From the NCBI GenBank assembly GCA_018656065.1, contig JABHZY010000017.1, positions 20,873 to 84,872 on the forward strand: a stretch of 64,000 bases of DNA, given 5' to 3'. The notes below the pieces were generated by a model. It did not search any database, was not told the DNA's origin, and saw only the letters and a program-made list of their open reading frames with translations. Positions 26,279 to 36,191 of the stretch are shown here, in pieces. The stretch is from Candidatus Komeilibacteria bacterium. GTDB lineage: Bacteria > Patescibacteriota > Patescibacteriia > UBA1558 > GWA2-36-10. The position numbers and the translations under genes are program-made. Positions within the stretch are counted from its first letter, which is position 1; every line of letters begins with the position of its first letter.

Positions 26279-27124
26279 ATGAAAAAAGCATTTATTGGTT
26301 TTGATGTAGGAGGGACAAATATAGCTGCTGGTTTAGTATCTAAACAAGGTAAGATTTTAGATTTGACATCTCATCCAACCCAAGCTAAAAAGGGCAAACA
26401 ACAAATAGCTAAAAATACTTTAAAAGTATTGGATGAATTGTTAAGTGGAGATGTAGAATGTTTAGGTCTTTGTTTAGCTTGGCCTGGAAAATCAAACGTA
26501 CCTTTAATTGGGCAAGAAATAAAGAAAATAATAAGTAAAAAATATAAATATCCAGTATATTTAGAAAATGACGCTAATTTATTTACTCTAGCGGAAGCTT
26601 TTATAGGACAGGGCAAGAATAAGAGAGTGGTGGTTGGTATTACATTAGGTACGGGGGTTGGTAGTGGCGTAGTAATAGATAAACAGCTTTATGGAACGCA
26701 AGGTTATAATCCTGAGTTTGGTCATATTTCAATAAATTTTGACGGACCAAAATGTAAATGTGGTAATTATGGTTGTTTTGAAGAATATGCTGGTTCTAGA
26801 TCTTTAAAACGTTTAGCTAAAAAATATAAACTAAAAGAAAATACTGGTGAAGAGCTTTATAATTTGGCTAAACAGGGTAATAAACAAGCTTTAAAACTTT
26901 GGCAAGAATATGGGCATCATTTAGGATTTGCTCTAATCGGAATAGTCAGAGCTTATAATCCAGATGTTATTATTTTGGGAGGACAAATTTCTAAAGCGTT
27001 TAGATTTTTTTCTAAATCAATGAATAAAACATTAAAATATAAATCATCATTTAAAGTGCCATCTGTTAAAGTTTCAAAATTAAAAAATGCAGCTATTGTA
27101 GCAGCTGCTTTTGTAGATAAATAG
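26279..27124 (+). CDS. glk: ROK-family glucokinase
   Basis: GFDVGGTNIAAGLV and the Zn motif CKCGNYGCFEEYAG. Confidence 0.85.
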   Translation: MKKAFIGFDVGGTNIAAGLVSKQGKILDLTSHPTQAKKGKQQIAKNTLKVLDELLSGDVECLGLCLAWPGKSNVPLIGQEIKKIISKKYKYPVYLENDANLFTLAEAFIGQGKNKRVVVGITLGTGVGSGVVIDKQLYGTQGYNPEFGHISINFDGPKCKCGNYGCFEEYAGSRSLKRLAKKYKLKENTGEELYNLAKQGNKQALKLWQEYGHHLGFALIGIVRAYNPDVIILGGQISKAFRFFSKSMNKTLKYKSSFKVPSVKVSKLKNAAIVAAAFVDK

Positions 27125-27128
27125 ACAT

Positions 27129-28292
27129 ATGAAAGATTATACAGAAGATTGCCTGCGGGAATCAATAAAATTACTTAAAGAAAACTCTACAAAGTTTGGT
27201 ACTTTAGCCAGCGCACCTTCAGGAACTGCCAAGGCTAGAAATTATGCGAGTATTTTTGGTCGAGACGCTTCTATATGTGCGATGGGTATGGCAGTTAGTG
27301 GAGACAAGAGTCTTAAAATGTCAGCTCGTCGTAGTTTGGAAACTCTAGCTAAGTATCAAGCCGACAATGGACAGATTGCTTTTTGGGTTAAGCCTGAAAA
27401 AAAGCAATCTGATTTTTATTATTTAGGTTGTATTGATTCTACATTGTGGTGGTTAATAGCTTTGAAGTTTTATGATCAAAATACAGGAGAAAATTTGAGC
27501 AAGAAGTTTAGTAAAAAAATAAAATTAGCTATCAATTGGTTAGAGTGCCAAGAACATCCTAAATTTTATTTACTTCAACAAAATGAAGCCAGCGATTGGG
27601 CTGATAGAATGCCTCGTTCTGGTTTTGTTTTATATAGCAATGCTTTGTGGTATTGGGTTAAGACTTTGTATAAATTGAAAAATACAGACAAGACCAAAGA
27701 ATATTTTAATTATATGCTAGACGGCAATCTTAAGTTGCCAATAGAAATTGCTAGATCTAATACACATTTAAAAACTTTAAGAACCTCTATTGATCAAAAC
27801 AAAAATAATCCAACATATGTTAGCTTTGTAAATTATTCATACGCTGGACACGAGATAGATATTTTTGGAAACATTTTAGCCTGCTTGGTTGGCTTAGCTG
27901 ATGAGAAAAAAACAAAGCAAATTATAAAGTACTTTATAAATAAAAAAGCCAATGATCCGTGGCCTATTAAAAGTGTCTTAAAACCTATCAAAAAGGGTGA
28001 TAAATTGTGGAGAAAATATATGGATTTACATAGTGGTACCAATAATAGACCGGGTCAGTACCACAATGGCGCTATATGGCCCTTTATAGGCGGATTTTGG
28101 GCTCTTTTGCTCAATATGGTAGGAAATGACCTAGTAGAGTCAGAGCTTCTAAAATTGGCCAAATTGAACGCCCGTAGTGATTGGCAATTTAATGAATGGT
28201 TTGATGGTAAAAGTAGTAAAGTGCTTGGTATGCCAAGACAATCTTGGAACGCCGCAACTTACATTTTAGCTTATAAAAATTTAAATAATTAG
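27129..28292 (+). CDS. (alpha/alpha)6-type glycoside hydrolase, amylo-alpha-1,6-glucosidase / neutral-invertase-like
   Basis: Motifs FGRDASICAMGM, EASDWADRM and YHNGAIWPFIGGFWA, typical of GDE_C/GH100-like enzymes. Confidence 0.6.
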   Translation: MKDYTEDCLRESIKLLKENSTKFGTLASAPSGTAKARNYASIFGRDASICAMGMAVSGDKSLKMSARRSLETLAKYQADNGQIAFWVKPEKKQSDFYYLGCIDSTLWWLIALKFYDQNTGENLSKKFSKKIKLAINWLECQEHPKFYLLQQNEASDWADRMPRSGFVLYSNALWYWVKTLYKLKNTDKTKEYFNYMLDGNLKLPIEIARSNTHLKTLRTSIDQNKNNPTYVSFVNYSYAGHEIDIFGNILACLVGLADEKKTKQIIKYFINKKANDPWPIKSVLKPIKKGDKLWRKYMDLHSGTNNRPGQYHNGAIWPFIGGFWALLLNMVGNDLVESELLKLAKLNARSDWQFNEWFDGKSSKVLGMPRQSWNAATYILAYKNLNN

Positions 28293-28305
28293 ATATAAAT
28301 ATAAT

Positions 28306-29760
28306 ATGGCAAACAAAAAATTATCAGTTTTAATGGCTACAGCCGAATTAGCACCTTTGGCCAAAGTAGGCGGCTTAGGAGATGTGGCTGGTTCATTACC
28401 AAAAGCATTACAAAAATTAAATACATCCATAAAAATGATCATGCCTTTTTATGGAGCTATCGATAAAAAGAAATTTAAAACTACTTTAGTCAAAAGAAAC
28501 ATTTCTGTTGAAGTAGATTTAAATAAAGGAAAATTTGATTTGTATAAAACTAAATTACCAGGTTCAAGTATTGATATTTTTTTAGTTAAACATAAAATTT
28601 TTGATGGCAAAGTTTATATTGGTAAGCCAAAAAATAGAAAGATAGGCGATGTGGAGAGATTTGTATTTTTTTCTAAAGCTTTGGTTGAAGCTATCAAGGT
28701 TATGAAGTGGAATATAGATCTTATTCATTGTCATGATTGGCATACAGCTATAGTGCCAACTTTCATAGATGAGTATAGTATTGAGGATAGAAAGTTTTCT
28801 AATATTAAAACTCTATTAACTATTCATAATTTATCAGTCCAAGGTAGGTCAGGCTTAGATATTGTAGATTATGGTGGCTTACACCACGATTTAACGCCGG
28901 CTTTAATGGAAGATTATTATGATAAGGATGGCGATTTAATTACTTTGGTTCGGATTGGTATTTTATCCGCTGATTATGTTAATACAGTTAGTCCAAACTA
29001 TGCTAAAGAAATTTTAACTAAAGAATACGGTGATGGCATGGAGGATTTTTTGGCCAGAAGGAAAAAACATTTAACAGGTATAGTAAATGGCATTGATACA
29101 GATCTTTTCAATCCCAAAAAAGATAAGTTTATTAAAAAGAAATATGATTTAAAGACTGTTTTAAAAAATAAGCCAGTTAATAAAAAATATTTGCAGACAA
29201 TGTCTGGCTTGCCGACTGAAGATGTGCCAGTACTAGGCTTGGTTTCTCGTTTGTTTGATCAAAAAGGTTTAGATATTTTGCTACCGGCCTTGAAAAAGAC
29301 ATTAAAAAAATATGATTTTCAATTAGTAGTACTTGGCACGGGTGCTCCTGAACATGAAAAGGCTTTTGAGGATTTAGCCAAAATTTATCCAGATAAAGTA
29401 AAGGCTAATATCACTTTTAATGTTGGTTTAGCTCAAGAGATTTATGGGGGAAGTGACTTTTTTCTTATCCCATCTCGTTTTGAACCATGTGGATTGGGCC
29501 AAATGATAGCTATGCGTTATGGCACAATACCTATAGCTAGACAAACTGGTGGTCTTAAGGATACAGTCACTCATAATAAAACAGGCATTGTGTTTAAAAA
29601 GTATACGCAAAAAGAAATGATTAAAGCTATTGAACAATCTTTGAAGCTATATAAAAATAAAGGAAAATTTGTTAAAATGATAAAAACTGATATGAAAGAA
29701 GATTTTTCTTGGGATAGATCAGCCAAAGAGTATTTAAAACTATATAATAAATTGAAATAG
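28306..29760 (+). CDS. glgA: Glycogen/starch synthase (GT5), copy 2
   Basis: Motifs AKVGGLGDVAGSLP, CHDWHTA and EPCGLGQM..RQTGGLKDTV. Confidence 0.9.
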   Translation: MANKKLSVLMATAELAPLAKVGGLGDVAGSLPKALQKLNTSIKMIMPFYGAIDKKKFKTTLVKRNISVEVDLNKGKFDLYKTKLPGSSIDIFLVKHKIFDGKVYIGKPKNRKIGDVERFVFFSKALVEAIKVMKWNIDLIHCHDWHTAIVPTFIDEYSIEDRKFSNIKTLLTIHNLSVQGRSGLDIVDYGGLHHDLTPALMEDYYDKDGDLITLVRIGILSADYVNTVSPNYAKEILTKEYGDGMEDFLARRKKHLTGIVNGIDTDLFNPKKDKFIKKKYDLKTVLKNKPVNKKYLQTMSGLPTEDVPVLGLVSRLFDQKGLDILLPALKKTLKKYDFQLVVLGTGAPEHEKAFEDLAKIYPDKVKANITFNVGLAQEIYGGSDFFLIPSRFEPCGLGQMIAMRYGTIPIARQTGGLKDTVTHNKTGIVFKKYTQKEMIKAIEQSLKLYKNKGKFVKMIKTDMKEDFSWDRSAKEYLKLYNKLK

Positions 29761-29764
29761 CCTT

Positions 29765-30712
29765 ATGTCTACAATGAAACAACCAGAGTTAAGAAAGGAT
29801 TATATTCAGGAAAAGTATGTAATTATTGCGCCGAAGCGTGGTAAGAGGCCCCATGATACTATTAAGTCTAACCCAGCCCAGAAGAAGAAAATGGTTACTT
29901 CCTGTATATTTTGTCCTAACAATCTTAAAGACGTGCCAAGTATATATAAGAAAGGCGCAGACCTAGATTGGTCAATCAATATTATTGCTAATAAGTACCC
30001 AGCCGTTTCTTTAGTTAATGACCATGCCTATGGCAAGCAAGAGGTAGTAATAGAAACAGGTGATCATACAGAAGAATTAGAAGATTTATCTACTGAGCAT
30101 ATCGCAGATTTATTAGAAGCCTATGCAATCAGAACTAAAGAAATATCTAAGGATGACAAGATCGATTATATTTTGATATTTAAAAATGACGGTGGTGTGG
30201 CTGGAGCTAGTTTGCAGCATTCTCATTCTCAAATATTTGCGACTCATTTTTTACCACCGCATCTTTTTGATAAGAGCCAACGACAACAGGCCTACAAATT
30301 AACAGAAGGGAATTGTGTTTACTGTGATGTTATTGCCAAAGAATCTAAAGATAAGCGTTTAGTTTATAAAGACAAAAATGTAATTGCCTTTACCCCTTAT
30401 GCTTCCATGTTTAATTATGAGATTTGGATAATGCCTCTTAAGCATCGTGATAATATTACAGAATTAACAGCTGATGAGCGAAAATCTTTTGCTAAAATTT
30501 TGAAACATGTTTTGAAAAAAATTGGTCAACTTGATTTACCTTACAATTTTTATTTTCATCAAGTGATTAATGATAATGATCAGCATTTGTATATGAAAGT
30601 AGTACCACGTGGTTCTGTTTGGGCTGGTGTGGAAATTGGTTCAGGTTTAATTATAAACCCAATTGATCCAGCTGATGCGGCTGAGTTTTATCGAGACGGA
30701 GCACCAAAATAA
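29765..30712 (+). CDS. galT: GalT-type HIT-family nucleotidyltransferase (hexose-1-phosphate uridylyltransferase / NDP-glucose phosphorylase-like)
   Basis: Zn-site CIFCP and active-site LQHSHSQIFA (HxHxQ). Confidence 0.8.
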   Translation: MSTMKQPELRKDYIQEKYVIIAPKRGKRPHDTIKSNPAQKKKMVTSCIFCPNNLKDVPSIYKKGADLDWSINIIANKYPAVSLVNDHAYGKQEVVIETGDHTEELEDLSTEHIADLLEAYAIRTKEISKDDKIDYILIFKNDGGVAGASLQHSHSQIFATHFLPPHLFDKSQRQQAYKLTEGNCVYCDVIAKESKDKRLVYKDKNVIAFTPYASMFNYEIWIMPLKHRDNITELTADERKSFAKILKHVLKKIGQLDLPYNFYFHQVINDNDQHLYMKVVPRGSVWAGVEIGSGLIINPIDPADAAEFYRDGAPK

Positions 30713-30720
30713 TAATATTA

Positions 30721-30758
30721 AAAAAACCGTCCTGAGCGTAGTCGAAGGGCGGTTTTTT
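30721..30758. terminator. Bidirectional terminator between convergent genes; carries the GTCCTGAGCG..AGTCGAAGGGC motif
   Basis: AAAAAACCGTCC ... GGGCGGTTTTTT, with an A-run on one side and a T-run on the other. Confidence 0.8.
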
Positions 30759-30762
30759 GTTT

Positions 30763-31326
30763 TTATAAATTTCTAGCGTCGTTTATAAATTTCTTTAAGC
30801 TATTATAATATTCATCAAGTTCATCTTTGCAATATTGTAATGACAATATATTTTTCTTTTCATCTAATTTATATTCTGCTTGATCTAAAACTTTTGAAAA
30901 TTCTTGAGCTCGTTCACCACCTAGCAGAGTCAGGTAATAAAAGAATCCCCGTGGGTGTATAAAACGATAGCAATCAGCATTGGCACATATTTCAGCCTCG
31001 ATACAATCAAATTTTACAGCGCCGTGATGAGCTTCGACACAGTTTATTATTTTATTTTTGTCTTTTTGAGAGAAATCATATGTATTTAAAAATTCTTTTG
31101 TAGCTTCGACGCTCATTTTTACATGCTCAGAAATTTTGTTAGCAGCCAAAGCTTCTGTAAGCATGATATCCATTAAAAAAATACTAAGCTGTACAATATT
31201 TTTATCAGCTTCAGGGAATTTGTCACAAAGCTCCAGTGCTTTTTTTTCAGATATTTCAATTAAAATTTTAGGAGGCGATTTCTTTGAATATGCTAATTTT
31301 TTGGCATCAGCTATAGCAGTTTTCAT
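30763..31326 (-). CDS. HD-superfamily-like protein (weak)
   Basis: All-helical. CVEAHHG resembles the distal His pair of HD domains, but the canonical HD dyad is degenerate (FLMD). Confidence 0.45.
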   Translation of the reverse strand: MKTAIADAKKLAYSKKSPPKILIEISEKKALELCDKFPEADKNIVQLSIFLMDIMLTEALAANKISEHVKMSVEATKEFLNTYDFSQKDKNKIINCVEAHHGAVKFDCIEAEICANADCYRFIHPRGFFYYLTLLGGERAQEFSKVLDQAEYKLDEKKNILSLQYCKDELDEYYNSLKKFINDARNL

Positions 31327-31329
31327 AGT

Positions 31330-31587
31330 TTATTTCTTTATTTTCTGATAAACAAATTGTATAGCACAAGCTAGTATATATAGCCATGAGACAGCTAGTA
31401 TAAAATATATAATTGCATTTTCATTTTGAGGAAATAATTTATTATATAAATAAGGTAATAAATTTAACAATGGCCATATTTTTAAAATAAGCCAATCAGC
31501 CCCAAAATTTCTAGCACCACCAATAATAAAAAATAATACAAGTAGGATTATAAAATTAATTATTTTTGTTTTATTAGCTTTTAGCAT
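31330..31587 (-). CDS. Small membrane protein (85 aa)
   Basis: Three hydrophobic helices. Its start overlaps the tyrS stop as TAATG, implying translational coupling. Confidence 0.5.
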   Translation of the reverse strand: MLKANKTKIINFIILLVLFFIIGGARNFGADWLILKIWPLLNLLPYLYNKLFPQNENAIIYFILAVSWLYILACAIQFVYQKIKK

Positions 31588-32792
31588 TATTTCACCTTAG
31601 CGAATTTTCGTTTGCCAGTCTGAACAATATCGCCAGATTTTAGAGATATATCATCTTTCCAGTTAGCTACTTTGACATTATTTATTTTCATACCGTTGCC
31701 ATCTATAAGTCTTCTAGCTTCTCCTTTAGAACTTACAAATTTTAACTCTACCAGTAAATCTATGGGACTTATTGTTTTATTAGAAATTTTTATTTCAGCG
31801 ATATCATCGGGTGTGCCTTTTTTGGCAAAGATATTTACAAAATTTTCAGCAGCAGCTTTAGCTTTTTTTTCACCATGAAATATTGTTACAATCTCCAATG
31901 CTAATCTTACCTTAGCATCTTTAGGATTGTCAGCCTTCATGATTTGTTTGATCTCATCAAGAGCTAAATAAGTATTGTGAGTAAATAATATTTCTATCAT
32001 TTCGTCTGGTTGAGACATTATTTGTCCATACATATCATTAGCGCTAGTATCTAGAAATACACCAGTACCTTTACTCTTAGACATTAGTTCACCAGTTTTA
32101 GGGTTTTCCATTAAAGTAACCGCCACCACAAATTTTTCTCTGTTATTTAACTTTCTTTGTAGAGTACGACCAGCTAAAGCATTAAAGATTTGGTCAGTAC
32201 CACAAATTTCTACATCCACATCCATAGCTACAGAATCATAACCTTGCATCATCGGATAAAGGAATTCATGAAGGCCAATTGGTTTATTGGCTTTGAGACG
32301 TTTTTGAAACATGTCTCTCTCAATAGTTTGTTGGACTGTAAAGTTGCTAGCTAGATTTATCAGATCTTCCATATTTAATTTAGCCAACCAATCATCATTA
32401 TACATTATCTTGGGAGGATTTTTTTTATCATTAAAGGCCATCAGAGGCTTGATAAGTTCTTTCCATTTTTTGACATTAGCTAGCACATCTTTTCTGGTAA
32501 GCTGATCTCTAGTTTTACTTTCGCCTGTTGGATCACCAATCCGGGCTGTAAAGTCTCCAAATAGTACAATTACCTCATGACCGAGCTGACGAAATTTTTC
32601 TAACAATATAAAATTTTTGGCATGAGATAAATGAAGAGTAGGAGCAGTGGCGTCAAAGCCAATGTAAAATCTCAATTTTTCTCCGCTTAGTAATTTTTTG
32701 GCAAAGTCATTTTTTTTGGGCAAAACCTCGACAATAGTGCCTCTATTTAGTAGTTCTTGAATTTTTTGCTTATCTGTATTAATCTTAGTCAT
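31587..32792 (-). CDS. tyrS: Tyrosyl-tRNA synthetase
   Basis: HIGH-type motif (PTLHLSH), KMSKS-type motif (LMSKSKG) and a C-terminal S4 domain. Confidence 0.92.
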   Translation of the reverse strand: MTKINTDKQKIQELLNRGTIVEVLPKKNDFAKKLLSGEKLRFYIGFDATAPTLHLSHAKNFILLEKFRQLGHEVIVLFGDFTARIGDPTGESKTRDQLTRKDVLANVKKWKELIKPLMAFNDKKNPPKIMYNDDWLAKLNMEDLINLASNFTVQQTIERDMFQKRLKANKPIGLHEFLYPMMQGYDSVAMDVDVEICGTDQIFNALAGRTLQRKLNNREKFVVAVTLMENPKTGELMSKSKGTGVFLDTSANDMYGQIMSQPDEMIEILFTHNTYLALDEIKQIMKADNPKDAKVRLALEIVTIFHGEKKAKAAAENFVNIFAKKGTPDDIAEIKISNKTISPIDLLVELKFVSSKGEARRLIDGNGMKINNVKVANWKDDISLKSGDIVQTGKRKFAKVK

Positions 32793-32859
32793 ACTTTTTA
32801 TTAAAATTTAATCTTAACATATTCAAATTATAGCGTATTTTTGCTATAATTTAAATACT

Positions 32860-35796
32860 ATGCCAATTCCTAAACTTAAGTCAAATTTTAGCAAAAGAAA
32901 AATTAGTGATATTCATCCACAATTTTCTCATCGTTCTATAGCTAAACCTAAGAAGCTCAAAAAAAAGAAGTTAGTTGGGCGTTTTTTGTATCACAAAAGA
33001 AAACCTAAAATACCTAAGATTGAAGGCTCTGGAGGCTGGTTTAAAGGCTTAATTAAGCGTTTATGGCCTTATGCATTAGGATTGGTGTTTATAGGGGGTA
33101 TTTTCTTAATAGGTTTGTTTGCTTGGTATTCTCGTGATTTGCCAGAACCAGGTAAGATTATGGACAGACCGGTAGCTCTTAGTACTAAAATATATGATAG
33201 AACAGGCGAAGTATTATTATATGAAGTACATGGTCCAGAAAATAGGACTTTAGTTTCTATAGAAGATATCCCGGATCATGTAGTTGATGCTACTATAGCC
33301 ATTGAAGATAAGAATTTTTATAACCATCAAGGTATTTCCGTTTGGGGTATTTTGAGAGGACAAATAGTGCCGCGCCTGCAAGGCAAGCGTGCTCAAGGTG
33401 GGTCAACCTTGACTCAGCAATTTGTTAAAAATGCCATACTGACTAATGAACGTAAGTTGTCTCGTAAAATTAAAGAATGGATTTTATCTTGGCAAATAGA
33501 AAAGAAATATGACAAAGATCAAATATTAGAATTTTATTTTAATGAAATTCCTTACGGAGGTTCAGTGTATGGAGTTCAGGCCGCAGCTCAGTATTATTTT
33601 GACAAAACTGCTCAAGAATTGACTATAGCTGAAGCGGCTATCTTAGCTGCTCTACCTCAAGCACCGACTTTGTACTCCCCTTATGGTAATAACAAAGATT
33701 TATTGATTGCTCGTCAACAAACTATTATTAATCTAATGGTTGAGCAAGAATATATTAGTATAGAGGAGGCAGTTAGTGCTAAGGCTCAGGGGCTAGTTTT
33801 CAAAAAGCGAGCTGAACAAATAAAAGCTCCGCACTTTGTGATGTACGTTCGAGAATTATTAGAACAAAAATATGGCGCTAGTATTATTCAGCAAGGTGGC
33901 TGGGAAATTAAAACTTCTCTAGATTGGGACGCTCAACAAAAAGCCCAAGAGATTATAGATGAAAGAGCTGAAGGTAATTTAGAAAATTATGAAGCTAATA
34001 ATGCAGCTTTAGTTTCCATGGATGTTGAAACAGGCGAGCTCCTAGCTATGATAGGCTCCAAAGATTATTTTAATGATGAGATAGACGGGCAGGTAAATGT
34101 TGCCTTAGCTGAAAGACAGCCAGGTTCATCAATGAAGCCATTAGCTTATTTAGCTGCTTTTGACAAAGGTTATCGTCCTGATACTATCATATTTGATTTA
34201 GAAACTAATTTTGCTGCAGTTGGCGATGATTATAAACCAAAAAATTATGATCTAGAAGAAAGGGGGCCAGTATCTATGCGCAAGGCTTTAGCTGGCTCAT
34301 TGAATATTCCGGCAGTTAAAACTTTGTATTTAGCAGGAGTACATAATACAGTTGATCTAGCTAATCGTTTTGGCTATAGCACTTTGACTGATCCAGACAG
34401 GTATGGTTTATCATTGGTTTTAGGCGGTGGTGAAGTTAAATTATTAGAACATGTTAGTGCTTATGCTACTTTTGCCAGAGAAGGTATATATAAAGAACCA
34501 ACAGCTATTTTGGAAATAAAAGATAGCGAAGGCGAAGTTATTGAGAAAAATGATAATAATAAAGGCCGTAGAGTTTTAGAAAAAGAGTCAGTTAGAATAT
34601 TAAATGATGTTTTATCAGATAACGGAGCTAGAGCTTACGTTTTTGGTGAAATAAATCCATTGACTTTGCCTGATAGGCCAGTAGCTGCCAAAACTGGTAC
34701 CACTAATGATTATCGTGATGCTTGGACTATGGGCTTTACGCCAAATATCGCTACAGGTGTTTGGGTTGGCAATAATGATAATACAGCCATGGGAGATGGG
34801 GCTAGTGGATCTACGATGGCTGCTCCAATTTGGCAGGCTTTCATGAAAGAGATTACTAAAGACAGGTCAATTAAAGAATTTAAAAAAGAAGATATTGGCA
34901 AATGTGACAAGCCAATGGTTTGTGGGGAGCTTTCTGGTGCAGAGCCAGTCAAGGTTGATACTATGAGTGGTAAGCTAGCTACAGAATATACGCCTTATAC
35001 AACTACTAAAGAGAAGAAATTTCTTGAAGTACACACTATATTACATTATATAAATACAAATGATCCTTTGGGAGATCCATTATCAGATCCAAACAAAGAA
35101 CCGCAATATAGTCTTTGGGAAGGACCTATATTAGCTTATGCAGAAGAACAAGGTTATACAGCTCAGCAACCGCCTACTGAATATGATGATATACATGTAG
35201 CAGAAGACAGGCCAAGTTTAAATTGGGACTCGCCAAATAATAAGCAAACAATTACTAGTAGCCGTTTGAGTATGAGTGTAGATGCTAGCGCTCCTAGAGG
35301 GATGCGTCGGGTCGAATATTTCTTAGATGATGAATTAATTGGCACTAGTTATTCCGAACCATTTGATTTTACTTATCAAGTAAGTCCTTTTATAGTCAAT
35401 GGTCGTCATGAGCTCAAAGCAATTGCTTTTGATGATCGAGATAATTTTAAGGCCAAAAGTATAAATATAGACATAGACCTTGATAGTGCAGCTAGAGATT
35501 TTAATTTAGTATGGCTTAGTCCAACTAGCGGTGATACTCTTAAGCTTTTAGATTTTCCAATTAATTTAGAATTAAATTTAGACAAACCATCTAAAGTAAA
35601 GAAAATAGATTTCTATTATGTAGATTTAGAAGATAGGTCACGTTGGTTTGCTTATATTGAGTCACCTTATCAAAATAAATTATTTGTTAATTGGGATAAA
35701 GATATTGAAGCGGGGGTCTATAAACTTTATATGGTTGTGAAAGACCAGTCGAATAATTTAATAACTACACCAAGTATTATAGTAAATGTAGAATAA
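32860..35796 (+). CDS. Class A penicillin-binding protein (PBP1A-type) with a C-terminal Ig-like extension
   Basis: GT51 motifs EDKNFYNHQGIS, GGSTLTQQ and RKIKE. Transpeptidase motifs SSMKP, SLN and KTGT. About 200 extra C-terminal residues. Confidence 0.93.
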   Translation: MPIPKLKSNFSKRKISDIHPQFSHRSIAKPKKLKKKKLVGRFLYHKRKPKIPKIEGSGGWFKGLIKRLWPYALGLVFIGGIFLIGLFAWYSRDLPEPGKIMDRPVALSTKIYDRTGEVLLYEVHGPENRTLVSIEDIPDHVVDATIAIEDKNFYNHQGISVWGILRGQIVPRLQGKRAQGGSTLTQQFVKNAILTNERKLSRKIKEWILSWQIEKKYDKDQILEFYFNEIPYGGSVYGVQAAAQYYFDKTAQELTIAEAAILAALPQAPTLYSPYGNNKDLLIARQQTIINLMVEQEYISIEEAVSAKAQGLVFKKRAEQIKAPHFVMYVRELLEQKYGASIIQQGGWEIKTSLDWDAQQKAQEIIDERAEGNLENYEANNAALVSMDVETGELLAMIGSKDYFNDEIDGQVNVALAERQPGSSMKPLAYLAAFDKGYRPDTIIFDLETNFAAVGDDYKPKNYDLEERGPVSMRKALAGSLNIPAVKTLYLAGVHNTVDLANRFGYSTLTDPDRYGLSLVLGGGEVKLLEHVSAYATFAREGIYKEPTAILEIKDSEGEVIEKNDNNKGRRVLEKESVRILNDVLSDNGARAYVFGEINPLTLPDRPVAAKTGTTNDYRDAWTMGFTPNIATGVWVGNNDNTAMGDGASGSTMAAPIWQAFMKEITKDRSIKEFKKEDIGKCDKPMVCGELSGAEPVKVDTMSGKLATEYTPYTTTKEKKFLEVHTILHYINTNDPLGDPLSDPNKEPQYSLWEGPILAYAEEQGYTAQQPPTEYDDIHVAEDRPSLNWDSPNNKQTITSSRLSMSVDASAPRGMRRVEYFLDDELIGTSYSEPFDFTYQVSPFIVNGRHELKAIAFDDRDNFKAKSINIDIDLDSAARDFNLVWLSPTSGDTLKLLDFPINLELNLDKPSKVKKIDFYYVDLEDRSRWFAYIESPYQNKLFVNWDKDIEAGVYKLYMVVKDQSNNLITTPSIIVNVE

Positions 35797-35797
35797 C

Positions 35798-35832
35798 AAA
35801 AAAACTCCCCTTAATAGGGGAGTTTTTATTTT
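35798..35832. terminator. Bidirectional terminator
   Basis: AAAAACTCCCC TTAATA GGGGAGTTTTT. Confidence 0.8.
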
Positions 35833-35834
35833 TA

Positions 35835-36083
35835 CTAATATCCTTCTCGAGCATGTATCTGATTAGCTTTTTCTGTACTTAGTTCATCACTATCTACTTT
35901 TTCATGAATAGGATTGACCGAATTGAGAAAAATTAATAATATACCCATTACGGCTATAATTACAGATAGCCATATTGGCATATAAATCTCCCAAACATTA
36001 AAAAAGGAAAAGATGGCCAAAAGGACCATAAAAATACCTATTGTAACGTTGAAAGATGTTGGACAGTAACAATATTTTCCCAT
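35835..36083 (-). CDS. Small membrane protein (82 aa)
   Basis: Strong SD GGAGG 8 nt upstream of the ATG, and two TM helices. Confidence 0.6.
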   Translation of the reverse strand: MGKYCYCPTSFNVTIGIFMVLLAIFSFFNVWEIYMPIWLSVIIAVMGILLIFLNSVNPIHEKVDSDELSTEKANQIHAREGY

Positions 36084-36191
36084 ATTACCTACCTCCTTTC
36101 TATTTTTAGAAAGTATTAAATACTTTTATATTGTAACTGTGACTGGCATTTTTTGTCAATTCAGGTTATTTAGTATAATATAATCTTTAGT

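Noticed and set aside
32793-32859. A T-box leader for tyrS (and likewise for valS at 63794).
   Set aside because: Only 67 nt (tyrS) and 2 nt (valS) are available upstream, which is far too short for a T-box. No T-box sequence was seen.
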